Below, piece by piece: positions 1 through 11,200 of a DNA stretch of 64,000 bases. Position 1 is the stretch's first letter, and each line of letters opens with the position of its first letter. A program made the position numbers and the translations under genes. The notes under the pieces are model-generated. The model was not told the DNA's origin. It ran no database searches and worked only from the letters and a program-made list of their open reading frames with translations. The DNA is from Eledone cirrhosa (lineage: Eukaryota), in assembly GCA_964016885.1 (NCBI GenBank), contig OZ024744.1:2108001-2172000 (forward strand). Reading direction: 5' to 3'.

Positions 1-969
1 TTCCCTCAAAACTTCGTTCTTCACCAAGCTATCTTTCTCTACCTTGTCTTCCCCCAAAACTTCGTTCTTCACCAAGCTATCTTCCTCTACCTTGTCTTAC
101 CCGAAAACTTCGTTCTTCACCAAGCTATCTTTCTCTACCTTGTCTTCCCTCAAAACATCGTTCTTCACCAAGCTATCTTTCTCGACCTTGTCTTCTCCCA
201 AAACTTCGTTATTCACCAAGCTATCTTTCTCTACCTTGTCTTCCCTCAAAACTTCGTTCTTCACCAAGCTATCTTTATCTACCTTGTCTTCCCACAAAAC
301 GTCATTCTTCACCAAGCTATCTTTCTCTACCTTGTCTTCCCTCAAAACGTCGTTTTTCACCAAGCTATCTTTCTCTACCTTGTCTTCCCCCAAAACTTCG
401 TTCTTCACCAAGCTATCTTTCTCTACCTTGTCTTCCCCCAAAACTTCGTTCTTCACCAAGCTATCTTTCTCTACATTGTCTTCCCCAAAACTTCGTTCTT
501 CACCAAGCTATCTTTCTCTACCTTGTCTTCCCTCAAAACGTCGTTCTTCACCAAGCTATCTTTCTCTACCTTGTCTTCTCCCAAAACTTCGTTATTCACC
601 AAGCTATCTTTCTCTACCTTGTCTTCCCCAAAACTTCGTTCTTCACCAAGCTATCTTTCTCTACCTTGTCTTCCCTCAAAACGTCGTTTTTCACCAAGCT
701 ATCTTTCTCTACCTTGTCTTCCCCCAAAACTTCGTTCTTCACCAAGCTATCTTTCTCTACCTTGTCTTCCCCCAAAACTTCGTTCTTCACCAAGCTATCT
801 TTCTCTACATTGTCTTCCCCAAAACTTCGTTCTTCACCAAGCTATCTTTCTCTACCTTGTCTTCCCTCAAAACGTCGTTCTTCACCAAGCTATCTTTCTC
901 TACCTTGTCTTCTCCCAAAACTTCGTTATTCACCAAGCTATCTTTCTCTACCTTGTCTTCCCTCAAAAC

Positions 970-3900
970 TTCGTTCTTCACCAAGCTATCTTTCTCTACC
1001 TTGTCTTCCCCCAAAACTTCGTTCTTCACCAAGCTATCTTTCTCTACATTGTCTTCCCCAAAACTTCGTTCTTCACCAAGCTATCTTTCTCTACCTTGTC
1101 TTCCCCCAAAACTTCGTTGTTCACCAAGCTATCTTTCTCTACCTTGTCTTCCCCCAAAACTTCGTTCTTCACCAAGCTATCTTTCTCTACCTTGTCTTCC
1201 CCCAAAACTTCGTTCTTCACCAAGCTATCTTTCTCTACCTTGTCTTCCCACAAAACATCGTTCTTCACCAAGCTATCTTTCTCTACCTTGTCTTCCCACA
1301 AAACGTCGTTCTTCACCAAGCTATCTTTCTCTACCTTGTCTTCCCTCAAAACTTCGTTCTTCACCAAGCTATCTTTCTCTACCTTGTCTTCCCCCAAAAC
1401 TTCGTTCTTCACCAAGCTATCTTCCTCTACCTTGTCTTACCCGAAAACTTCGTTCTTCACCAAGCTATCTTTCTCTACCTTGTCTTCCCTCAAAACATCG
1501 TTCTTCACCAAGCTATCTTTCTCGACCTTGTCTTCTCCCAAAACTTCGTTATTCACCAAGCTATCTTTCTCTACCTTGTCTTCCCTCAAAACTTCGTTCT
1601 TCACCAAGCTATCTTTATCTACCTTGTCTTCCCACAAAACGTCATTCTTCACCAAGCTATCTTTCTCTACCTTGTCTTCCGTCAAAACTTCGTTCTTCAC
1701 CAAGATATCTTTCTCTACCTTGTCTTCCCCCAAAACTTCGTTCTTCACCAAGCTATCTTTCTCTACCTTGTCTTCCCCGAAAACTTCGTTCTTCACCAAG
1801 CTATCTTTCTCTACCTTGTCTTCCCTCAAAACATCGTTCTTCACCAAGCTATCTTTCTCGACCTTGTCTTCTCCCAAAACTTCGTTATTCACCAAGCTAT
1901 CTTTCTCTACCTTGTCTTCCCTCAAAACTTCGTTCTTCACCAAGCTATCTTTATCTACCTTGTCTTCCCACAAAACGTCAGTCTTCACCAAGCTATCTTT
2001 CTCTACCTTGTCTTCCGTCAAAACTTCGTTCTTCACCAAGATATCTTTCTCTACCTTGTCTTCCCACAAAACGTCGTTCTTCACCAAGCTATCTTTCTCT
2101 ACCCTGTCTCCCCTCTGAACTTCGTTCTTCACCAAGCTATCTTTCTCTACCTTGTCTTCCCCCAAAACTTCGTTCTTCACCAAGCTATCTTTCTCTACCT
2201 TGTCTTCCCCCAAAACTTCGTTCTTCACCAAGCTATCTTTCTCTACCTTGTCTTCCCACAAAACTTCGTTCTTCACCAAGCTATCTTTCTCTACCTTGTC
2301 TTCCCCCAAAACTTCCTTCTTCACCAAGCTATCTTTCTCTACCTTGTCTTCCCCCAAAACTTCGTTCTTCATCAAGCTATCTTTCTCTACCTTGTCTTCC
2401 CCCAAAACTTCGTTCTTCACCAAGCTATCTTTTTCTACCTTGTCTTCCCCCAAAACTTCGTTCTTCACCAAGCTATCTTTCTCTACCTTGTCTTCCCACA
2501 AAACTTCGTTCTTCACCAAGCTATCTTTATCTACCTTGTCTTCCCACAAAACGTCATTCTTCACCAAGCTATCTTTCTCTACCTTGTCTTCCGTCAAAAC
2601 TTCGTTCTTCACCAAGATATCTTTCTCTACCTTGTCTTCCCACAAAACGTCGTTCTTCACCAAGCTATCTTTCTCTACCTTGTCTTCCCTCAGAACTTCG
2701 TTCTTCACCAAGCTATCTTTCTCTACCTTGTCTTCCCCCAAAACTTCGTTCTTCACCAAGCTATCTTTCTCTACATTGTCTTCCCCAAAACTTCGTTCTT
2801 CACCAAGCTATCTTTCTCTACCTTGTCTTCCCCCAAAACTTCGTTGTTCACCAAGCTATCTTTCTCTACCTTGTCTTCCCCCAAAACTTCGTTCTTCACC
2901 AAGCTATCTTTCTCTACCTTGTCTTCCCCCAAAACTTCGTTCTTCACCAAGCTATCTTTCTCTACCTTGTCTTCCCACAAAACTTCGTTCTTCACCAAGC
3001 TATCTTTCTCTACCTTGTCTTCCCACAAAACGTCGTTCTTCACCAAGCTATCTTTCTCTACCTTGTCTTCCCTCAAAACTTCGTTCTTCACCAAGCTATC
3101 TTTCTCTACCTTGTCTTCCCCCAAAACTTCGTTCTTCACCAAGCTATCTTCCTCTACCTTGTCTTACCCGAAAACTTCGTTCTTCACCAAGCTATCTTTC
3201 TCTACCTTGTCTTCCCTCAAAACATCGTTCTTCACCAAGCTATCTTTCTCGACCTTGTCTTCTCCCAAAACTTCGTTATTCACCAAGCTATCTTTCTCTA
3301 CCTTGTCTTCCCTCAAAACTTCGTTCTTCACCAAGCTATCTTTATCTACCTTGTCTTCCCACAAAACGTCATTCTTCACCAAGCTATCTTTCTCTACCTT
3401 GTCTTCCGTCAAAACTTCGTTCTTCACCAAGATATCTTTCTCTACCTTGTCTTCCCCCAAAACTTCGTTCTTCACCAAGCTATCTTTCTCTACCTTGTCT
3501 TCCCCGAAAACTTCGTTCTTCACCAAGCTATCTTTCTCTACCTTGTCTTCCCTCAAAACATCGTTCTTCACCAAGCTATCTTTCTCGACCTTGTCTTCTC
3601 CCAAAACTTCGTTATTCACCAAGCTATCTTTCTCTACCTTGTCTTCCCTCAAAACTTCGTTCTTCACCAAGCTATCTTTATCTACCTTGTCTTCCCACAA
3701 AACGTCAGTCTTCACCAAGCTATCTTTCTCTACCTTGTCTTCCGTCAAAACTTCGTTCTTCACCAAGATATCTTTCTCTACCTTGTCTTCCCACAAAACG
3801 TCGTTCTTCACCAAGCTATCTTTCTCTACCCTGTCTCCCCTCTGAACTTCGTTCTTCACCAAGCTATCTTTCTCTACCTTGTCTTCCCCCAAAACTTCGT

Positions 3901-4500
3901 TCTTCACCAAGCTATCTTTCTCTACCTTGTCTTCCCCCAAAACTTCGTTCTTCACCAAGCTATCTTTCTCTACCTTGTCTTCCCACAAAACTTCGTTCTT
4001 CACCAAGCTATCTTTCTCTACCTTGTCTTCCCCCAAAACTTCCTTCTTCACCAAGCTATCTTTCTCTACCTTGTCTTCCCCCAAAACTTCGTTCTTCATC
4101 AAGCTATCTTTCTCTACCTTGTCTTCCCCCAAAACTTCGTTCTTCACCAAGCTATCTTTTTCTACCTTGTCTTCCCCCAAAACTTCGTTCTTCACCAAGC
4201 TATCTTTCTCTACCTTGTCTTCCCACAAAACTTCGTTCTTCACCAAGCTATCTTTATCTACCTTGTCTTCCCACAAAACGTCATTCTTCACCAAGCTATC
4301 TTTCTCTACCTTGTCTTCCGTCAAAACTTCGTTCTTCACCAAGATATCTTTCTCTACCTTGTCTTCCCACAAAACGTCGTTCTTCACCAAGCTATCTTTC
4401 TCTACCTTGTCTTCCCTCAGAACTTCGTTCTTCACCAAGCTATCTTTCTCTACCTTGTCTTCCCCCAAAACTTCGTTCTTCACCAAGCTATCTTTCTCTA
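970..4500. repeat. Tandem duplication, period 1,727 bp (36 monomers, one of 47 bp), with an internal 336-bp (7-monomer) duplication
   Basis: Minus ORFs 1437..2759 and 3164..4486 (both 440 aa) and 1044/2771 are offset by 1,727. Rare variants are shared: ACCCTGTCTCCCCTCTGAAC (~2101/~3828), CGTCAGTC (~1976/~3703), TTCATCAAG (~2368/~4095). Markers CCGAAAA, ACATCG, TTTATCT and CCGTCA repeat at +336 (1441 to 1777). Confidence 0.92.
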
Positions 4501-4959
4501 CATTGTTTCCCCAAAACTTCGTTCTTCACCAAGCTATCTTTCTCTACCTTGTCTTCCCTCAAAACGTCGTTTTTCACCAAGCTATCTTTCTCTACCTTGT
4601 CTTCCCCCAAAACTTCGTTCTTCACCAAGCTATCTTTCTCTACCTTGTCTTCCCCCAAAACTTCGTTCTTCACCAAGCTATCTTTCTCTACATTGTCTTC
4701 CCCAAAACTTCGTTCTTCACCAAGCTATCTTTCTCTACCTTGTCTTCCCTCAAACGTCGTTCTTCACCAAGCTATCTTTCTCTACCTTGTCTTCTCCCAA
4801 AACTTCGTTATTCACCAAGCTATCTTTCTCTACCTTGTCTTCCCTCAAAACTTCGTTCTTCACCAAGCTATCTTTCTCTACCTTGTCTTCCCCCAAAACT
4901 TCGTTCTTCACCAAGCTATCTTTCTCTACATTGTCTTCCCCAAAACTTCGTTCTTCACC

Positions 4960-7900
4960 AAGCTATCTTTCTCTACCTTGTCTTCCCCCAAAACTTCGTT
5001 GTTCACCAAGCTATCTTTCTCTACCTTGTCTTCCCCCAAAACTTCGTTCTTCACCAAGCTATCTTTCTCTACCTTGTCTTCCCCCAAAACTTCGTTCTTC
5101 ACCAAGCTATCTTTCTCTACCTTGTCTTCCCACAAAACTTCGTCCTTCACCAAGCTATCTTTCTCTACCTTGTCTTCCCACAAAACGTCGTTCTTCACCA
5201 AGCTATCTTTCTCTACCTTGTCTTCCCTCAAAACTTCGTTCTTCACCAAGCTATCTTTCTCTACCTTGTCTTCCCCCAAAACTTCGTTCTTCACCAAGCT
5301 ATCTTTCTCTACCTTGTCTTCCCCGAAAACTTCGTTCTTCACCAAGCTATCTTTCTCTACCTTGTCTTCCCTCAAAACATCGTTCTTCACCAAGCTATCT
5401 TTCTCGACCTTGTCTTCTCCCAAATCTTCGTTATTCACCAAGCTATCTTTCTCTACCTTGTCTTCCCTCAAAACTTCGTTCTTCACCAAGCTATCTTTAT
5501 CTACCTTGTCTTCCCACAAAACGTCATTCTTCACCAAGCTATCTTTCTCTACCTTGTCTTCCGTCAAAACTTCGTTCTTCACCAAGATATCTTTCTCTAC
5601 CTTGTCTTCCCACAAAACGTCGTTCTTCACCAAGCTATCTTTCTCTACCTTGTCTTCCCTCTGAACTTCGTTCTTCACCAAGCTATCTTTCTCTACCTTG
5701 TCTTCCCCCAAAACTTCGTTCTTCACCAAGCTATCTTTCTCTACATTGTCTTCCCCAAAACTTCGTTCTTCACCAAGCTATCTTTCTCTACCTTGTCTTC
5801 CCCCAAATCTTCGTTCTTCACCAAGCTATCTTTCTCTACCTTGTCTTCCCACAAAACTTCGTTCTTCACCAAGCTATCTTTCTCTACCTTGTCTTCCCCC
5901 AAAACTTCGTTCTTCACCAAGCTATCTTTCTCTACATTGTCTTCCCCAAAACTTCGTTCTTCACCAAGCTATCTTTCTCTACCTTGTCTTCCCTCAAAAC
6001 GTCGTTCTTCACCAAGCTATCTTTCTCTACCTTGTCTTCTCCCAAAACTTCGTTATTCACCAAGCTATCTTTCTCTACCTTGTCTTCCCTCAAAACTTCG
6101 TTCTTCACCAAGCTATCTTTCTCTACCTTGTCTTCCCCCAAAACTTCGTTCTTCACCAAGCTATCTTTCTCTACATTGTCTTCCCCAAAACTTCGTTCTT
6201 CACCAAGCTATCTTTCTCTACCTTGTCTTCCCCCAAAACTTCGTTGTTCACCAAGCTATCTTTCTCTACCTTGTCTTCCCCCAAAACTTCGTTCTTCACC
6301 AAGCTATCTTTCTCTACCTTGTCTTCCCCCAAAATTTCGTTCTTCACCAAGCTATCTTTCTCTACCTTGTCTTCCCACAAAACTTCGTTCTTCACCAAGC
6401 TATCTTTCTCTACCTTGTCTTCCCACAAAACGTCGTTCTTCACCAAGCTATCTTTCTCTACCTTGTCTTCCCTCAAAACTTCGTTCTTCACCAAGCTATC
6501 TTTCTCTACCTTGTCTTCCCTCAAAACGTCGTTCTTCACCAAGCTATCTTTCTCTACCTTGTCTTCTCCCAAAACTTCGTTATTCACCAAGCTATCTTTC
6601 TCTACCTTGTCTTCCCCCAAAACTTCGTTGTTCACCAAGCTATCTTTCTCTACCTTGTCTTCCCCCAAAACTTCGTTCTTCACCAAGCTATCTTTCTCTA
6701 CCTTGTCTTCCCCCAAAACTTCGTTCTTCACCAAGCTATCTTTCTCTACCTTGTCTTCCCACAAAACTTCGTTCTTCACCAAGCTATCTTTCTCTACCTT
6801 GTCTTCCCACAAAACGTCGTTCTTCACCAAGCTATCTTTCTCTACCTTGTCTTCCCTCAAAACTTCGTTCTTCACCAAGCTATCTTTCTCTACCTTGTCT
6901 TCCCCCAAAACTTCGTTCTTCACCAAGCTATCTTTCTCTACCTTGTCTTCCCCGAAAACTTCGTTCTTCACCAAGCTATCTTTCTCTACCTTGTCTTCCC
7001 TCAAAACATCGTTCTTCACCAAGCTATCTTTCTCGACCTTGTCTTCTCCCAAAACTTCGTTATTCACCAAGCTATCTTTCTCTACCTTGTCTTCCCTCAA
7101 AACTTCGTTCTTCACCAAGCTATCTTTATCTACCTTGTCTTCCCACAAAACGTCATTCTTCACCAAGCTATCTTTCTCTACCTTGTCTTCCGTCAAAACT
7201 TCGTTCTTCACCAAGATATCTTTCTCTACCTTGTCTTCCCACAAAACGTCGTTCTTCACCAAGCTATCTTTCTCTACCTTGTCTTCCCTCTGAACTTCGT
7301 TCTTCACCAAGCTATCTTTCTCTACCTTGTCTTCCCCCAAAACTTCGTTCTTCACCAAGCTATCTTTCTCTACATTGTCTTCCCCAAAACTTCGTTCTTC
7401 ACCAAGCTATCTTTCTCTACCTTGTCTTCCCCCAAAACTTCGTTCTTCACCAAGCTATCTTTCTCTACCTTGTCTTCCCACAAAACTTCGTTCTTCACCA
7501 AGCTATCTTTCTCTACCTTGTCTTCCCCCAAAACTTCGTTCTTCACCAAGCTATCTTTCTCTACATTGTCTTCCCCAAAACTTCGTTCTTCACCAAGCTA
7601 TCTTTCTCTACCTCGTCTTCCCTCAAAACGTCGTTCTTCACCAAGCTATCTTTCTCTACCTTGTCTTCTCCCAAAACTTCGTTATTCACCAAGCTATCTT
7701 TCTCTACCTTGTCTTCCCTCAAAACTTCGTTCTTCACCAAGCTATCTTTCTCTACCTTGTCTTCCCCCAAAACTTCGTTCTTCACCAAGCTATCTTTCTC
7801 TACATTGTCTTCCCCAAAACTTCGTTCTTCACCAAGCTATCTTTCTCTACCTTGTCTTCCCCCAAAACTTCGTTGTTCACCAAGCTATCTTTCTCTACCT

Positions 7901-8210
7901 TGTCTTCCCCCAAAACTTCGTTCTTCACCAAGCTATCTTTCTCTACCTTGTCTTCCCCCAAAACTTCGTTCTTCACCAAGCTATCTTTCTCTACCTTGTC
8001 TTCCCACAAAACTTCGTTCTTCACCAAGCTATCTTTCTCTACCTTGTCTTCCCACAAAACGTCGTTCTTCACCAAGCTATCTTTCTCTACCTTGTCTTCC
8101 CTCAAAACTTCGTTCTTCACCAAGCTATCTTTCTCTACCTTGTCTTCCCTCAAAACGTCGTTCTTCACCAAGCTATCTTTCTCTACCTTGTCTTCTCCCA
8201 AAACTTCGTT
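4960..8210. repeat. Tandem duplication, period about 1,629 bp (34 monomers, three 1-bp deletions)
   Basis: ORF offsets 5698 to 7327, 5932 to 7561 and 6171 to 7800 are all 1,629. CTCTGAAC marker at ~5659 and ~7288. A few copy-specific SNPs (AAATCTTCG ~5422 and ~5805, CCTCGTC ~7611). Confidence 0.8.
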
Positions 8211-11200
8211 ATTCACCAAGCTATCTTTCTCTACCTTGTCTTCCCTCAAAACTTCGTTCTTCACCAAGCTATCTTTCTCTACCTTGTCTTCCCCCAAAAC
8301 TTCGTTCTTCACCAAGCTATCTTTCTCTACCTTGTCTTCCCCCAAAACTTCGTTCTTCACCAAGCTATCTTTCTCTACCTTGTCTTCCCCCAAAACTTCG
8401 TTCTTCACCAAGCTATCTTTCTCTACCTTGTCTTCCCACAAAACTTCGTTCTTCACCAAGCTATCTTTCTCTACCTTGTCTTCCCACAAAACGTCGTTCT
8501 TCACCAAGCTATCTTTCTCTACCTTGTCTTCCCTCAAAACTTCGTTCTTCACCAAGCTATCTTTCTCTACCTTGTCTTCCCCCAAAACTTCGTTCTTCAC
8601 CAAGCTATCTTTCTCTACCTTGTCTTCCCCCAAAACTTCGTTCTTCACCAAGCTATCTTTCTCTACCTTGTCTTCCCTCAAAACTTCGTTCTTCACCAAG
8701 CTATCTTTCTCGACCTTGTCTTCTCCCAAAACTTCGTTATTCACCAAGCTATCTTTCTCTACCTTGTCTTCCCACAAAACTTCGTTCTTCACCAAGCTAT
8801 CTTTCTCTACCTTGTCTTCCCTCAAAACGTCGTTCTTCACCAAGCTATCTTTCTCTACATTGTCTTCCCCAAAACATCGTTCTTCACCAAGCTATCTTTC
8901 TCTACCTTGTCTTCCCCCAAAACTTCGTTCTTCACCAAGCTATCTTTCTCTACCTTGTCTTCCCCCAAAACTTCGTTCTTCACCAAGCTATCTTTCTCTA
9001 CCTTGTCTTCCCACAAAACGTCGTTCTTCACCAAGCTATCTTTCTCTATTTTGTCTTCCCTCAAAACGTCGTTCTTCACCAAGCTATCTTTCTCTACCTT
9101 GTCTTCCCTCAAAATTTCGTTCTTCACCAAGCTATCTTTCTCGACCTTGTCTTCTCCCAAAACTTCGTTATTCACCAAGCTATCTTTCTCTACCTTGTCT
9201 TCCCTCAAAACTTCGTTCTTCACCAAGCTATCTTTCTCTACCTTGTCTTCCCCCAAAACTTCGTTCTTCACCAAGCTATCTTTCTCTACCTTGTCTTCCC
9301 CCAAAATTTCGTTCTTCACCAAGCTATCTTTCTCTACCTTGTCTTCCCCCAAAACTTCGTTCTTCACCAAGTCATCTTTCTCTACCTTGTCATCCCTCAA
9401 AACTTCGTTCTTCACCAATCTATCTTTCTCTACCTTGTCTTCCCCCAAAACTACGTTCTTCACCAAGCTATCTTTCTCTAGCTTGTCTTCACACAAAACC
9501 TCGTTCTTCACCAAGCTATCTTTCTCTACCTTGTCTTCCCACAAAACGTCATTCTTCACCAAGCTATCTTTCTCTACCTTGTCTTCTCCCAAAACTTCGT
9601 TCTTCACCAAGCTATCTTTCTCTACCTTGTCCTCCCCCAAAACTTCGTTCTTCACCAAGCTATCTTTCTCTACCTTGTCTTCCCCCAAAATTTCGTTCTT
9701 CGCAAGCTATCTTTCTCTACCTTGTCTTCCGTCAAAACTTCGTTCTTCACCAAGATATCTTTCTCTACCTTGTCTTCCCACAAAACGTCGTTCTTCACCA
9801 AGCTATCTTTCTCTACCTTGTCTTCCCTCAGAACTTCGTTCTACACCAAGCTATCTTTCTCTACCTTGTCTTCCCCCAAAACTACGTTCTTCACCAAGCT
9901 ATCTTTCTCTAGCTTGTCTTCACACAAAACCTCGTTCTTCACCAAGCTTTCTTTCTCTACCTTGTCTTTCCACAAAACGTCATTCTTCACCAAGCTATCT
10001 TTATCTACCTTGTCTTCTCCCAAAACTTCGTTCTTCACCAAGCTATCTTTCTCTACCTTGTCTTCCCTCAGAACTTCGTTCTTCACCAAGCTATCTTTCT
10101 CTACCTTGTCTTCCCTCAAAATTTCGTTCTTCACCAAGCTATCTTTCTCTACCTTGTCTTCCCTCAAAACGTCGTTCTTCACCAAGCTATCTTTCTCTAC
10201 CTTGTCTTCTCCCAAAACTTCGTTATTCACCAAGCTATCTTTCTCTACCTTGTCTTCCCCCAAAACTTCGTTCTTCACCAAGCTTTCTTTCTCTACACTG
10301 TCTTCCCCAAAACTTCGTTCTTCACCAAGCTATCTTTCTCTACCTTGTCTTCCCCCAAAACTTCGTTCTTCACCAAGCTATCTTTCTCTATTTTGTCTTC
10401 CCTCAAAACGTCGTTCTTCACCAAGCTATCTTTCTCTACCTTGTCTTCCCTCAAAATTTCGTTCTTCACCAAGCTATCTTTCTCGACCTTGTCTTCTCCC
10501 AAAACTTCGTTATTCACCAAGCTATCTTTCTCTACCTTGTCTTCCCTCAAAACTTCGTTCTTCACCAAGCTATCTTTCTCTACCTTGTCTTCCCCCAAAA
10601 CTTCGTTCTTCACCAAGCTATCTTTCTCTACCTTGTCTTCCCCCAAAATTTCGTTCTTCACCAAGCTATCTTTCTCTACCTTGTCTTCCCCCAAAACTTC
10701 GTTCTTCACCAAGTCATCTTTCTCTACCTTGTCATCCCTCAAAACTTCGTTCTTCACCAATCTATCTTTCTCTACCTTGTCTTCCCCCAAAACTACGTTC
10801 TTCACCAAGCTATCTTTCTCTACCTTGTCTTCCCACAAAACGTCATTCTTCACCAAGCTATCTTTCTCTACCTTGTCTTCCCCCAAAATTTCATTCTTCG
10901 CAAGCTATCTTTCTCTACCTTGTCTTCCGTCAAAACTTCGTTCTTCACCAAGATATCTTTCTCTACCTTGTCTTCCCACAAAACGTCGTTCTTCACCAAG
11001 CTATCTTTCTCTACTTTGTCTTCCCTCAGAACTTCGTTCTTCACCAAGCTATCTTTCTCTACCTTGTCTTCCCCCAAAACTACGTTCTTCACCAAGCTAT
11101 CTTTCTCTAGCTTGTCTTCACACAAAACCTCGTTCTTCACCAAGCTTTCTTTCTCTACCTTGTCTTCCCACAAAACGTCATTCTTCACCAAGCTATCTTT

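Noticed and set aside
13-29. CENP-B box similarity (CTTCGTT start of CTTCGTTGGAAACGGGA)
   Set aside because: Only the TTCG part matches. The required downstream A and CGGG positions of NTTCGNNNNANNCGGGN are absent (CTTCGTTCTTCACCAAG).
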